64,000 bases of DNA from Candidatus Versatilivorator sp. (GTDB taxonomy: Bacteria > Acidobacteriota > Terriglobia > Versatilivoradales > Versatilivoraceae). Within the stretch, counting starts at the first letter, position 1. Each line of letters begins with the position of its first letter. The stretch covers positions 864,001 to 928,000 of the forward strand of contig OZ242296.1 of the NCBI GenBank assembly GCA_965207735.1. Direction: 5' to 3'. Below are positions 9,262-19,713 of this stretch, piece after piece. The translations under genes and the position numbers were made by a program. The notes beneath the pieces are model-generated. The model had not been told where the DNA came from and made no database searches. It saw nothing but the letters and a program-made list of their open reading frames with translations.

Positions 9262-9758
9262 ACGTCCGTCCTCCTTCTCACCAGCATGGCGGCTCCGATC
9301 AACGCGACCAGAAGGAGTACCGATGCAATCTCAAAGGGAAGAAGATAGCTGCTCAGGAAGGCCTCCCCGATCTGTTGGGTGGTGGGCTCCAGTTCCCTGT
9401 CGCCAACCAGCTTCCATTTGGTCTTGAACGCAGCCAGGCTGATCGAAACGAAAACGGCCGCGGCAATCAAGGTGCCGGCAATCGGCTGAAATCTTTCGGT
9501 AGTCAGATTCAGATTGTAGAGTCGGTGGGTAAGCATCACGCCAAACAGCAACAGGACCAGGATGCCTCCCACATAGATGAGCACCTGGGCGCCCGCCAGA
9601 AAGTCGGCTCCCAAAAAGACATAGAGGACGGCAACCCCGAAAAAGGTAAAGAGCAGCGAAAAAACCGAGTAGATCAAACTCCGGGAAACCACCACCACCA
9701 CGGCCGACCCGACCGTGACGACGGCAGTCAAAATGAAGACGATGTCTGTAACGCTCAT
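9258..9758 (-). CDS. nuoJ: NADH-quinone oxidoreductase subunit J
   Basis: AQVLIYVGGILVLLLFGVML, YLLPFEIASVLLLVALIGA. Confidence 0.95.
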   Translation of the reverse strand: MSVTDIVFILTAVVTVGSAVVVVVSRSLIYSVFSLLFTFFGVAVLYVFLGADFLAGAQVLIYVGGILVLLLFGVMLTHRLYNLNLTTERFQPIAGTLIAAAVFVSISLAAFKTKWKLVGDRELEPTTQQIGEAFLSSYLLPFEIASVLLLVALIGAAMLVRRRTDV

Positions 9759-9768
9759 AGGTGCACCC

Positions 9769-10263
9769 TCACCTGGCAGCCGCGGGCCGCGGGGTCGGAG
9801 CCGGCTTGGGAGGAGCCTGCGGTTCCTCCTTGGCAAACCGGTAGAGAAAATCCTGCTTGGACTGCACCGCAAACTCGTACTCGGGAGTCATGACCAGGCA
9901 ATGGGTCGGACAGGGATAGGTGCAGAGGTTGCAGTAGCAGCAGAGGGACATGTCGATATCGAACTGGGTGACCCGAAGCTTGATGGGGGTCCCGTCGGCA
10001 GCAAAGAGGGGGGGCTCCTCCTTGGCCCGCTTCTCGGTGGTCATGTAGATGCAGTCCACCGGGCAGGCGCGGACACACTGGCCGCAGCCGATGCAGTCTT
10101 CGATCTTGTTGAACAGACGCATGCGGGAGCGCTCCGGAAGCTCCCACTTCACGCTGGGGTACTGCAGCGTGCAAGAACGGGTGAAGAGGTGATTCCCCGT
10201 AATCTTCATTCCCTGCAACACCGTCCAGATGGATTGGAAAATATCCTTAAAATATCGTTTCAT
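9769..10263 (-). CDS. nuoI: NADH-quinone oxidoreductase subunit I
   Basis: Two 4Fe-4S motifs, CIGCGQCVRACP and CCYCNLCTYPCP; TLQYP. Confidence 0.93.
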   Translation of the reverse strand: MKRYFKDIFQSIWTVLQGMKITGNHLFTRSCTLQYPSVKWELPERSRMRLFNKIEDCIGCGQCVRACPVDCIYMTTEKRAKEEPPLFAADGTPIKLRVTQFDIDMSLCCYCNLCTYPCPTHCLVMTPEYEFAVQSKQDFLYRFAKEEPQAPPKPAPTPRPAAAR

Positions 10264-10282
10264 GGCTGTCCCTTCACTACCG

Positions 10283-11329
10283 TCAGGGGGTTCCCTCCTG
10301 AATAAGCGCCAGCGTCCCCGCTGCCAACACCAGCACAAAGGCTATGGGCAGCAAAACCTTCCAACTGACGTGCATGAGCTGATCGACCCTCAAACGGGGC
10401 AAGGTCCAGCGCAGCCACATCTGAACGAAGACCAGAGCCATTGCCTTGAGGATGAACCAGACCGGCCCCGGTAGAAAACCGGGCCCATGCCATCCCCCCA
10501 GGAAGAGGGTGACTGCCAGCGCGCTCACCAGGAACATGTTGGCATACTCCGCCAGGAAGAAGAACGCGAAGCGCATGCCGCTGTATTCGGTGTGGTAGCC
10601 GGCCACCAGCTCCGATTCGGCCTCCGGAATATCGAAGGGCGTCCGGTTCACCTCGGCCAGGGTGCCCAGATAGACTACCCAAAATGCCAGGAAGGTGACG
10701 GGTTGGAAGATGAACCAGTCGAATACACTTCCCGATTGAGCCTTCACGATCTCCTGCATGCTGAGGCTGCCCACCGGAATCACCACCGTCAGAATGGCCA
10801 GAACGGTGGGAATCTCGTAGCTGACGATCTGGGCGGCCGCCCGCATCCCCCCGAAGAGGGCGTACTTGTTGTTGGAGGCCCAACCCGCCATGATGATGCC
10901 CACCACCCCCAACGAGGAAATGGCCGCGATATACAGCACTCCGATATTGAGGTCGCTGACGATGAAGCTCTCGCCGAAGGGCAGCACCACAAAGGCCGCG
11001 AAGCCGCCGGTAAAAACCACCAGGGGGGCCAGCTTGAACAGCAGGCGGTCGGCCTGGGCCGGAATGATGTCCTCCTTCAGGAGCAGCTTGACCCCGTCGG
11101 CGATGGTCTGGGCCCATCCGTGCCACCCACCCACCCGCATCGGTCCCAACCGGTCCTGCATGTGGGCCGAAACCTTGCGCTCCGCCCAAATGGCTATCAG
11201 GGGGATAAGGGAGACCAACCCCAGGCACAGCAGGCAGGCCAGCAGCATGGGGAGGAAGATCTGCAGGATCTCGGGCAATTGGTCATACCCGCCCACTTGC
11301 CGAGTCAGTACCTCTCTCAGGTATTCCAT
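10283..11329 (-). CDS. nuoH: NADH-quinone oxidoreductase subunit H
   Basis: [49 protein letters not shown]. Confidence 0.97.
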   Translation of the reverse strand: MEYLREVLTRQVGGYDQLPEILQIFLPMLLACLLCLGLVSLIPLIAIWAERKVSAHMQDRLGPMRVGGWHGWAQTIADGVKLLLKEDIIPAQADRLLFKLAPLVVFTGGFAAFVVLPFGESFIVSDLNIGVLYIAAISSLGVVGIIMAGWASNNKYALFGGMRAAAQIVSYEIPTVLAILTVVIPVGSLSMQEIVKAQSGSVFDWFIFQPVTFLAFWVVYLGTLAEVNRTPFDIPEAESELVAGYHTEYSGMRFAFFFLAEYANMFLVSALAVTLFLGGWHGPGFLPGPVWFILKAMALVFVQMWLRWTLPRLRVDQLMHVSWKVLLPIAFVLVLAAGTLALIQEGTP

Positions 11330-11395
11330 GGGTACTTTCCGGAACTTCCGTTTCGGTATGAAACCATCCGTCTGTCCCCGGCATCGCCAAAAAGG

Positions 11396-12520
11396 CTAAC
11401 GGTCGATTTCACCCATCACGATATCGATGCTCCCGATAATGGCGATGATATCCGCCACCATTCCACCCCTGGCGATGGCGGGCAGCAGGCTCAACACCGT
11501 AAAGCAGGGGGACTTGACCTTGACCCGGAAGGGGATGAGTCCTCCTTGGCTGACGACGTAGTAACCCAGCTCGCCTCGAGGCGTTTCGGTGCGGTCGTAG
11601 ACCTCGTTCTTGGCCGGCCGCACCCGCCGGGGAATATGCTCCTGCACGTCCCCTTCGGGCAGCCGTTCCAGCGCCTGGCGGATCAGCCCCAGGCTCTGTT
11701 CCATTTCCCTGACCCGCACGTAGTAACGGTCCCAGCAGGAACCGAGGGGACCGTACTCACCCAGGCCCACCGGGACCTCGAAATCGTAGGTGTCGTAGCC
11801 GCAGTAGGGCTCTTCCCTGCGCAGGTCCCAGGCGATACCGGAGCCGCGCAGGTTGGGCCCGGTCACGTTGTGCGACAGGGCCTGCTCCTCGCTGATGATC
11901 CCTACGTTGGCCGTGCGTTCCAGGAAGATCTTGTTGTAGCTGAGCAACTTGTCCAACTCGGCGATGACGGGCTCGAACTGTCCCAGAAACTCGCGAGTCT
12001 TGGCCTCAAAGCCGTCGGGAATGTCGTGGGAAACCCCACCGACCCAGTTGTAGTTGTACAGGAGCCGGGCGCCGCACAGCCACTCGAACAGGTCCAGAAT
12101 TTTTTCCCGCTCCCGGAAGCAATGCAGGAAGGGAGTGAAGGACCCGATATCCATGGCGTAGGTGCCGACCGAAAGCAGATGGCTGGCAATGCGGTTCAGC
12201 TCGGCCATCAGCACCCGCAGGGTCTTCACTCGTTCATTGACCTCCAGGTCCATCAACTTTTCAACAGCCAGCGCATAGCCCAGGCTGTTGTTCATGGAGG
12301 CAATATAGTCCATTCGGTCGCAAAAGGGGATGACGCCGGGGTAGTCCACCTTTTCGGCGTGCTTTTCGAAGCAGCGGTGCAGATAGCCGATGTGGGGAAT
12401 GACGTTTCTGACGATTTCGCCGTCGGTTTCCAGCTCCAGACGCAATACTCCATGCGTGCTGGGATGCTGCGGCCCCATGTTCAGGACCATTTCCTCACCG
12501 GCGTAGGCTTCGACTTGCAT
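11396..12520 (-). CDS. nuoD: NADH-quinone oxidoreductase subunit D
   Basis: LNMGPQHPSTHGVLRL, GYLHR, C-terminal DIVMGEIDR; no NiFe CxxC motifs. Confidence 0.97.
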   Translation of the reverse strand: MQVEAYAGEEMVLNMGPQHPSTHGVLRLELETDGEIVRNVIPHIGYLHRCFEKHAEKVDYPGVIPFCDRMDYIASMNNSLGYALAVEKLMDLEVNERVKTLRVLMAELNRIASHLLSVGTYAMDIGSFTPFLHCFREREKILDLFEWLCGARLLYNYNWVGGVSHDIPDGFEAKTREFLGQFEPVIAELDKLLSYNKIFLERTANVGIISEEQALSHNVTGPNLRGSGIAWDLRREEPYCGYDTYDFEVPVGLGEYGPLGSCWDRYYVRVREMEQSLGLIRQALERLPEGDVQEHIPRRVRPAKNEVYDRTETPRGELGYYVVSQGGLIPFRVKVKSPCFTVLSLLPAIARGGMVADIIAIIGSIDIVMGEIDR

Positions 12521-12568
12521 GCGGGTTACTCTCGGGACTGAGTCCCCTGGCAGATTGGGTGGGTCCCG

Positions 12569-13129
12569 TCAACCGGCACTGAAGGGATCGGTTCCCAAAT
12601 CTTCTCCCTCCTGGGCACGTTCGGCGAACTGCTTGGCCGCCGCGGCCGGCATGCCGCGGTAGCTCTCCGGCTGCACATAGTCCTTCCTCAGCGGGTAGTC
12701 CACCCAGTCATCGGGACAGAGGATCCGGCGCAGGTCGCTGTGGCCGTCGAAGTGGATGCCATACATGTCGTAGGCCTCCCTTTCGTGCCAATTGGCGACA
12801 GCCCAGACGCCTTCGACCGTTGGCAGGGCGGGATCTTCCCGAGGCAGTTCCACCTTGAGCACGATCTTGTGGCGAAGGCGCATGGAGAACAGGTGATAGA
12901 CAACTTCCAGACGCTCCGGCTCCGTCTTGGCACCCTTGTAGTCCACACCGCTTAGACACATCAGGGAATCGAAGGCCAGGCCCGGATCGTTCTTGAGAAA
13001 GGCGCAGATCTCCGCCACAGCCCCCGGAGCCACCACCGCGAAGGGCTGCATGCATTCCTGGCTGGACTTGATGATTTTGTCCGCGAATTGTTCCTGGAGG
13101 GTCTGGAGGATCTCCGAGGCCTGTTTCAT
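12569..13129 (-). CDS. nuoC: NADH-quinone oxidoreductase subunit C
   Basis: [33 protein letters not shown]; ATG overlaps the nuoB stop (ATGA). Confidence 0.95.
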   Translation of the reverse strand: MKQASEILQTLQEQFADKIIKSSQECMQPFAVVAPGAVAEICAFLKNDPGLAFDSLMCLSGVDYKGAKTEPERLEVVYHLFSMRLRHKIVLKVELPREDPALPTVEGVWAVANWHEREAYDMYGIHFDGHSDLRRILCPDDWVDYPLRKDYVQPESYRGMPAAAAKQFAERAQEGEDLGTDPFSAG

Positions 13130-13644
13130 CCGAGTAGGCGGGCCCTTTCTTGAGCGGTCCCTTCCTTGCGAAGTACACGCTGTCGCATGATCTTTTCCTG
13201 AAGCTTCATGATGCCGAACAGAAGGGCTTCCGGGCGCGGGGGACAACCGGGAACGTAGACGTCTACCGGTATCACATGGTCAACGCCATTGAGCACGTGG
13301 TACCCATGCTGCCAGTAAGGCCCCCCGTTGTTGGCGCAACTGCCCATGGAGACCACGTACTTGGGTTCCGGCATCTGCTCGTAAAGCCGCTTCACACGGG
13401 TCGCCATCTTCAAGGTGACCGTTCCCGCCACGATCATCACATCCGACTGGCGGGGCGTGGCCCGCGGTATCATTCCAAAGCGGTCCCAGTCATAGCGCGA
13501 AGCCCCGGTCGCCATCATCTCGATGGCGCAGCAAGCCAGACCGAAGGTCATGGGCCAGAGGGACGAGGCCCGCCCCCAATTCAGCAGGGTGTCCACGGTC
13601 GTAAAGACCAGGTTGTCACCGAACTTGTTTTCCAGAACTCCCAT
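13126..13644 (-). CDS. nuoB: NADH-quinone oxidoreductase subunit B
   Basis: [23 protein letters not shown]. Confidence 0.97.
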   Translation of the reverse strand: MGVLENKFGDNLVFTTVDTLLNWGRASSLWPMTFGLACCAIEMMATGASRYDWDRFGMIPRATPRQSDVMIVAGTVTLKMATRVKRLYEQMPEPKYVVSMGSCANNGGPYWQHGYHVLNGVDHVIPVDVYVPGCPPRPEALLFGIMKLQEKIMRQRVLRKEGTAQERARLLG

Positions 13645-13656
13645 GGCTCCTTCCCG

Positions 13657-14034
13657 TCATTGGTGCCGTTCCTCGGGCCGCACCCACTGCAGATCCCCCT
13701 TGGCCCAAACGTAAGCCAGTCCGACCACCAGTATGGCGATAAAAATCAGTCCTTCGATGAAGGCGATCCACCCCAGATCCTTGAATACGACCGCCCAGGG
13801 CAGCAAAAAGGCCACCTCCACGTCGAAGATGATGAAAATCAAGGCGAAGACATAGAAACGAATGTTGAATTTGATCCAGGGGCTACCGACCGGGTTCTCC
13901 CCACACTCGTAAGGAATCAGCTTTTCCTCGCTGTACTTGGAGGGACGAATCAAGCTGGAGATAAGCAGATTGACAAAGATAAACAGCGCGCCGACGCCCA
14001 GAAAAACCAGCACATTGGCAAATTGAAGCGTCAT
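13657..14034 (-). CDS. nuoA: NADH-quinone oxidoreductase subunit A
   Basis: [36 protein letters not shown]. Confidence 0.96.
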   Translation of the reverse strand: MTLQFANVLVFLGVGALFIFVNLLISSLIRPSKYSEEKLIPYECGENPVGSPWIKFNIRFYVFALIFIIFDVEVAFLLPWAVVFKDLGWIAFIEGLIFIAILVVGLAYVWAKGDLQWVRPEERHQ

Positions 14035-14410
14035 CGGCGACAGTAACCGTCCCTGAAGCGAGGGTCTCCTTGCCGAGGGAATTGGGAAGGATAAAGTTTC
14101 GAAAGCGACACCGGCCTGGAACCGGAAAGCGCTGAGCGCGGCCATCACCGCAAGCCACGTGGCCCAAGGGAGAACCCAACCTGCCCGGCTCACCCTCGCC
14201 CAGATTACGGCGGGATGGTAGCATATCCCCGGTCGATTGCCAAAAAGATATTGCCGGGAGCGCAAGGGGCAGTAGCGGTCGGTAGAAAGCGGGCTTCCAG
14301 TCGGTCTGGGAGTGGCCGTAACCGGCTGTTTTTAAAAGGTTGCCCTCACCGTAGTGAAAGATTAGAATTCGATAAGGGTGTAACCAATGATTGTATCCGC
14401 GGAAAGGATA

Positions 14411-15952
14411 ATGAGCGCCATGAGGAGGCGAAGACTTCTTTTCTTCTCGATGATTCTGGGGACGCTGATCCTCGGGGTGGCCATCGGCACCATGATCGAC
14501 CATACGGTGAGCGCCGCCAGGTCGGCAGGCTCCACCCCCGCCCCCATCAGCGTGCCCTCCCCCACCAAGCTGTCATCGCACTTTTCAACCGTGGCTCAAA
14601 AGGTCGAGAAGGCCGTAGTCAATATCAGCACCGAAACGATTGTCCGGCGGCAGGATCCATCCCGCCGCCAATTCCGCAACGACCCCTTCCAGGATTTCTT
14701 CGAACGCTTCTTCGGTCCGGAAATGCCCCGCCGAAGGCGCAGATCCCAGTCGCTGGGATCCGGCTTCGTGGTGGATGCCAAGGGTTACATTCTGACCAAC
14801 GCCCACGTGGTTGAAAATGCAGACACCATTACGGTCAAGCTGTATTCGGGTGACGAGTACGAGGCCACGGTGGTGGGCGAGGATGCCAGAACCGATCTGG
14901 CCGTGATCCGGGTCGAAGCCGAAGAGGAGCTCACCGCGGCCAAGTTTGGAGACTCGGACGGAATGCGTCAAGGGGACTGGGTGCTGGCAGTGGGCAGCCC
15001 TTTCGGTCTGGAGCAGACGGTGACCGCCGGAATCATCAGCGCCACCGGGCGCAAGAACATGGGCGATGCCACCCCCTGGCAACACTTCTTGCAGACCGAT
15101 GCGGCCATCAACCAGGGCAACAGCGGAGGCCCCCTTGTCAACATGGCCGGGGAGGTGATCGGCGTCAATACCGCCATCCTGACCCAACCCCCTACCTTTG
15201 GACGGATCGCGGGAAACATCGGTATCGGATTCGCGCTTCCCTCCAACTTGGCCACCAACGTCTACAACCAGCTTATAGAACATGGCAAGGTAAGGCGCGG
15301 AGCCATTGGTATTCGGATGCAAGGAGATGCCACTCCTCAAACACTCAAGGCATTGGGAGCAGCCGACGGCAAGGGAGTGATCGTCGAGAAACCCGACCCG
15401 GCCGACGGACCGGCCGCCAAGGCCGGTCTCCAGCAGGGGGATGTGATTGTGGAGGTGGATGGGAACAAGATCGATGACACCTACGATATGCATCGCGTCC
15501 TCTCCACCGTGCGTCCCGGCGCCAGGATCACCATCAAATACATTCGGGACGGCAAGCTCAAGACCACCCAACTGAAAGCCATGGATCGAGAGGATCTTCC
15601 GTCCGTGGCCCAAAGAGACAGTCCGGAAGAGCAGGGTTCTTCCAAATCCGTTCGCCTGGGCATCAGAGCCGAGAACCTTACTCCCAGACTGGCCAAGCAG
15701 TTCAATTTGTCGGAAGAGGAAGGCGGTGTCTACGTCGTGAGCGTCGAGCCTGAGAGCATCGCCGACGAAGCCCGGATCAGGCCTCACGACCTGATCATTG
15801 AGATCAACAAGAAGCCGATCCGTACCATCGCTGACTTGACGGACCTCACCTCCGAACTGAAGTCCGGTATGGACCTTTTGTTCCTGGTCAAGCGCTGGGA
15901 CCGCGGAGCGGGAGAGGTCCTTGCCCTCTACCTGGCGGCGACCGTTCCCTAG
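14411..15952 (+). CDS. degP: Do/DegP/HtrA family serine protease with two PDZ domains
   Basis: TNAHVV, DLAVI, QTDAAINQGNSGGPL catalytic motifs; AAAGGA RBS before ATG 14411. Confidence 0.93.
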   Translation: MSAMRRRRLLFFSMILGTLILGVAIGTMIDHTVSAARSAGSTPAPISVPSPTKLSSHFSTVAQKVEKAVVNISTETIVRRQDPSRRQFRNDPFQDFFERFFGPEMPRRRRRSQSLGSGFVVDAKGYILTNAHVVENADTITVKLYSGDEYEATVVGEDARTDLAVIRVEAEEELTAAKFGDSDGMRQGDWVLAVGSPFGLEQTVTAGIISATGRKNMGDATPWQHFLQTDAAINQGNSGGPLVNMAGEVIGVNTAILTQPPTFGRIAGNIGIGFALPSNLATNVYNQLIEHGKVRRGAIGIRMQGDATPQTLKALGAADGKGVIVEKPDPADGPAAKAGLQQGDVIVEVDGNKIDDTYDMHRVLSTVRPGARITIKYIRDGKLKTTQLKAMDREDLPSVAQRDSPEEQGSSKSVRLGIRAENLTPRLAKQFNLSEEEGGVYVVSVEPESIADEARIRPHDLIIEINKKPIRTIADLTDLTSELKSGMDLLFLVKRWDRGAGEVLALYLAATVP

Positions 15953-16019
15953 TCCGCAGCTCTCCAGTCCCCAGGCGTTGGCTTCCAGTGCACCGGCATC
16001 GGCCAAAAGAAGGCATGTC

Positions 16020-16667
16020 ATGAAAACCTTTTTCGTTGGGTCGGTCGTTTTCTTCTGTGCCGGCCTCTTCTCCCAGGCCTCCCTCCACGGTCAGGCCACC
16101 CGATCTTACCTGGTGCCCGAGGGGACCCGAATACAGGTGCGCCTGGAATCGACCCTCAACTCCAAGGCCAATCGGCAGGGAGACCGCTTTACCGTCAAGG
16201 TGGTCGAAAGTGTGCAGGTTCGGGGCAAGGAGGTCATCCCGGTTGGCACCACCGTGGAGGGCCGGGTTGCCGAAGTCCGACACGCCGGCCGCATCAAGGG
16301 TCGGGCGGAGGTCAATCTTTCCTACGAACGATTGATCTTCCCCAACGGTGTTTCGGAGACCATCATCGCCTCCCAGGCCGAGTTGGACGACACGCAAGAA
16401 GAGGAAATGGATCGCCGGGAAGGAACCATCCTGGGAGAATCCACCCGCAAGCGCAGCGCCGCCGAGATTGGAGCCGGGGCGGCCATCGGCGCCGGTATTG
16501 GAGCCATAGCCGGGGGCCGGAAGGGGGCAGCCATCGGCGCCGGCGCGGGCGGGCTTATTGGCCTGGTTGACGCCTTGAGACGGGGTGGCAAGGAAATAGA
16601 AATCCCTGCAGGAACTCTCATGGTCATTCGCCTGGATCGCCCGTTGACGGTCATCTCCACCAGGTAA
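16020..16667 (+). CDS. Secreted hypothetical protein with glycine zipper (TrbI/VirB10-like beta domain)
   Basis: Signal peptide, VPEGTRIQVRLE..GDRF..IPVGTTVEGRV, GAGAAIGAGIGAIAGG zipper. Confidence 0.75.
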   Translation: MKTFFVGSVVFFCAGLFSQASLHGQATRSYLVPEGTRIQVRLESTLNSKANRQGDRFTVKVVESVQVRGKEVIPVGTTVEGRVAEVRHAGRIKGRAEVNLSYERLIFPNGVSETIIASQAELDDTQEEEMDRREGTILGESTRKRSAAEIGAGAAIGAGIGAIAGGRKGAAIGAGAGGLIGLVDALRRGGKEIEIPAGTLMVIRLDRPLTVISTR

Positions 16668-16732
16668 GATGTAGTCGCTCCAGACGGGAAAGTCTGAATG
16701 TCGACCACGGATCCACACCGAAATCCTCCTCC

Positions 16733-17599
16733 ATGGCGCCCGCAGATGTTTCCGGACAAAGTGCCAGTCATGCAATAGCCCGGGCCGGTCCATTCTGCGC
16801 GGTGGTGCTGGAACAACTTGCCGAGGGCGCCTCCAATCTGGCGTTGGATGAACTGTTGTTGCGCCGGGTTTCGGCAGAATCGGTTGCGACCGAAACCTTT
16901 TTGCGCTTCTACGGTTGGCCGGAACCGACATTGTCCCTGGGCATGGCGCAGCAAGCTTCCCGGGTGGTGGATTTCGGGTATTGTCGGCGCCGCGGGATTG
17001 CGGTCGCTCGCCGATCCACCGGGGGCAAGGCGGTCCTGCACCATCGGGAAGTCACCTACGCCTTCATATCCAACGATCGCTCCCTCTTCCCCGCCTGGAC
17101 TATCGAAGCAACCTACCGAGAGATTTCGAAAGCCCTGCAGCAGGGACTGGAACGGCTGGGAATTGCTACCACCCTTGCCGGATCGGCCACCGTCCAACGA
17201 AACGATCTTCGCTCTCGTCGCAGCCACGCCTGCTTTGCCAGCGCCCTCCACCACGAGATTCTGTTCGCGGGGAAAAAGCTTGTCGGCAGTGCCCAGCGAA
17301 GGACGCTGCGGGGATTTCTGCAGCATGGATCCATTCTCCTGGACTTCGATCTGCGTCTTCTGCAAGGTGCCCTGCGGGGGCATACCCCCTCAGACCTGGC
17401 CTCAAACGTTGCGACCCTCACCTCCTGCCTGGGGAAGACGCCGGAGTTCTCCGCTGTGGTGTCCTGCCTCCTGGAGGGCTTTCGACAGGTCCTCAACATC
17501 CGGATGGTGACCCGGCCCATGGACCCGTGCATTCGGTGTGAGGCAGAGAGGTTGGGTAGAAGCCGCCTGGTAAGCCCCTTCCATTCCTCTTGCGGTTAG
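16733..17599 (+). CDS. Lipoate-protein ligase / LipM-like octanoyltransferase
   Basis: NLALDE, LRFYGW..PTLSLG, RRSTGGKAVLH, KKLVGSAQ, QHGSI. Confidence 0.9.
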   Translation: MAPADVSGQSASHAIARAGPFCAVVLEQLAEGASNLALDELLLRRVSAESVATETFLRFYGWPEPTLSLGMAQQASRVVDFGYCRRRGIAVARRSTGGKAVLHHREVTYAFISNDRSLFPAWTIEATYREISKALQQGLERLGIATTLAGSATVQRNDLRSRRSHACFASALHHEILFAGKKLVGSAQRRTLRGFLQHGSILLDFDLRLLQGALRGHTPSDLASNVATLTSCLGKTPEFSAVVSCLLEGFRQVLNIRMVTRPMDPCIRCEAERLGRSRLVSPFHSSCG

Positions 17600-17729
17600 A
17601 GTCCGGGTTCCAAGGACTCTCACCACAATGGACATGGGGTGTGATTGCTCCTCCAATGGCGGAGCAGTTGGAGAAATTCTGCTGAACGATAGGGTCTAAC
17701 GGGGAGACACGCCAGCAAGCCAAAAGCCC

Positions 17730-17758
17730 TTGACACTCCAGGGTTCAGATACTATAAA
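17730..17758 (+). promoter_or_regulatory. Sigma70-type promoter of the hrcA operon
   Basis: TTGACA (17730-17735), 17-nt spacer, TATAAA (17753-17758); TTGACACTC resembles a CIRCE left half-site. Confidence 0.7.
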
Positions 17759-17792
17759 CCGTTCAGTGGACTTCAATCAGGTACCGGTTCCG

Positions 17793-18875
17793 ATGGACGC
17801 CAAACACGAGTTGAACGAGCGGGAAAGAGACATTCTGAGGTCTGTTGTCCAGCACTATATCGCCAGTGGCAAACCGGTAGGCTCCCGAATCCTTTCCAAG
17901 GAACGCAGCCAGCGTATCAGCCCCGCCACCATTCGCAACATCATGGCCGATCTCGAGGAGGCGGGATACCTGATTCAGCCTCACACCTCAGCAGGCAGGA
18001 TACCCACCGACAAGGGATACCGATTCTACGTGGACAATCTACTGGAATCTTCCTGCCTGGACAGCTTGGATCAGGAAATGATCAACGGCAGGATCTTCAC
18101 TCCCGACTCTCAGGACAACGTCATGGAGCGGATTTCCCAGGCGATTTCTCACGCCACCAACAACGTCGGCTTTGTGATCTCTCCCTCGGTTGGCCACAGC
18201 CTGTTGAAGCACCTCGAGTTCATTCAGCTCAGCGATTCCAAGATCCTGGTTATCATCGTGTCCAAGTCGGGTTTGGTGCAAAATCGCATCATTCAAATCG
18301 ACGAATCGTTCACCCAGCGCGAGCTGGACCAGACCGCACGATTCCTGAACGAGAATTATTCCGGCTACAGCCTGCTCTTCATCCACGATGACATCCTCAG
18401 GAAGATGGACGAGGAAAAAGCCCTATACGACCGTCTTCTCAACAACATAATCCTGCTCTGCGACCAAGGACTGATCGATGAGGTGGCCGAGCCCGATGTC
18501 GACATATACCTCGACGGCGCCTCCAACTTCCTGGGACAACCCGAGTTTGCCGACACCAGGCGGATGCGGTCCATTTTCAAGACTTTCGAGGAAAAGAGCC
18601 GGCTGGTCAAGATCCTCAACCAGTGTCTTCAATCTCGCTCCGGAGGGGGGGTGCGAATCATCATCGGCTCGGAAAACGCGTTGCCGGGAATGAGGGAGTA
18701 CACCTTGATCTCATCCCCCTTGACCATCCATGACCAGAATCTGGGTTCGGTGGGGATCCTGGGACCAACGCGTATGGAATATGGCAAAGCCATCAACACC
18801 GTTGACTATGTCGCCAAGCTCTACGGCCAGCTCCTCAGCGCCGACTCCGGAAGCGGCGAAGTGGCGCGCCTCTGA
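17793..18875 (+). CDS. hrcA: Heat-inducible transcription repressor HrcA
   Basis: PVGSR..SPATIRNIMADLEEAGYLIQPHTSAGRIPTDKGYRFYVD; GILGPTRMEY. Confidence 0.97.
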   Translation: MDAKHELNERERDILRSVVQHYIASGKPVGSRILSKERSQRISPATIRNIMADLEEAGYLIQPHTSAGRIPTDKGYRFYVDNLLESSCLDSLDQEMINGRIFTPDSQDNVMERISQAISHATNNVGFVISPSVGHSLLKHLEFIQLSDSKILVIIVSKSGLVQNRIIQIDESFTQRELDQTARFLNENYSGYSLLFIHDDILRKMDEEKALYDRLLNNIILLCDQGLIDEVAEPDVDIYLDGASNFLGQPEFADTRRMRSIFKTFEEKSRLVKILNQCLQSRSGGGVRIIIGSENALPGMREYTLISSPLTIHDQNLGSVGILGPTRMEYGKAINTVDYVAKLYGQLLSADSGSGEVARL

Positions 18876-18946
18876 TTGAAATCCCCATTCAAGTCGACAA
18901 GCGGTGCCGGTACGCCCGCTTTCAGCGGCCAAGCCATTTCGCGGAG

Positions 18947-19690
18947 ATGTCCGGGCTAGAAGCGCCGGTGTCGTCGCGCAGGATGACCAACGCCATGCCG
19001 TCAACTCCAGAAAAAAATAGAGAGACACCCCAGGCCGCGACCGCCGCGGAGGCTGAGCACCCGTCACCCGCGCTCGAGGGAGGTCGGGGAAATAATCGAG
19101 AGTACGCTACCCAGGAGGGTTCCGCTAACGCACCGCCGCCAGGTGAGGTTTCGCAGGAAGCTGCCGGTGAGACCCGGACGGACGGAAAGATCGAAGGAGC
19201 CCTTGCTGCGGAACGCCTCCACCGGCTCAAGGCCGACAATGCGGCGCTCTATCAGCGGCTGCTCCGGCTTCAGGCCGAATTCGAGAACTTCCGCAAGAGG
19301 ACCGAGCGGGAAAAGCAGGACTTCTTCGATTATTCCCTGGCTGATTTTCTTCGCAAGCTGCTACCGGTTCTGGACGCGTTCGAACGGGGTCTTGAGGTTG
19401 CCGAGGGCGATACGGTTGCAGACTTCAAGGCCGGGTTTCAACTGGTGCTGAAGCAATTCACGGACGTGCTCACCCAGGCTGGGCTGGAACCCATTGAAAC
19501 TTCTGGTCAAACCTTCGATCCCAACCGCCATCAAGCCCTGATGCGGGAGGAGACGGAGGCTTTTGCCGAGAATCAGATCATCGGTGAACTGCAGCCGGGC
19601 TATACTTTCAAGGGACGCCTGCTTCGCCCGTCGCTGGTGATAGTTGCTGCCGCTCCGGAAAAGACAGCGACTGACACACAGAAAAACTGA
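18947..19690 (+). CDS. grpE: Nucleotide exchange factor GrpE (start uncertain)
   Basis: RLQAEFENFRKR, LLPVLD, FDPNRHQA, GY....RLLRPSLV. Confidence 0.95.
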   Translation: MSGLEAPVSSRRMTNAMPSTPEKNRETPQAATAAEAEHPSPALEGGRGNNREYATQEGSANAPPPGEVSQEAAGETRTDGKIEGALAAERLHRLKADNAALYQRLLRLQAEFENFRKRTEREKQDFFDYSLADFLRKLLPVLDAFERGLEVAEGDTVADFKAGFQLVLKQFTDVLTQAGLEPIETSGQTFDPNRHQALMREETEAFAENQIIGELQPGYTFKGRLLRPSLVIVAAAPEKTATDTQKN

Positions 19691-19713
19691 CTGGGTGGAG
19701 GGAGATAGCCGTT

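Noticed and set aside
7355-12541. Long plus-strand ORFs (551 aa and 684 aa) and similar long shadow ORFs elsewhere
   Set aside because: Antisense shadows of well-recognised genes, as expected in high-GC DNA.
11396-13644. Group 4 NiFe hydrogenase instead of complex I
   Set aside because: The large subunit lacks both CxxC nickel-binding motifs and ends in GEIDR, typical of NuoD.
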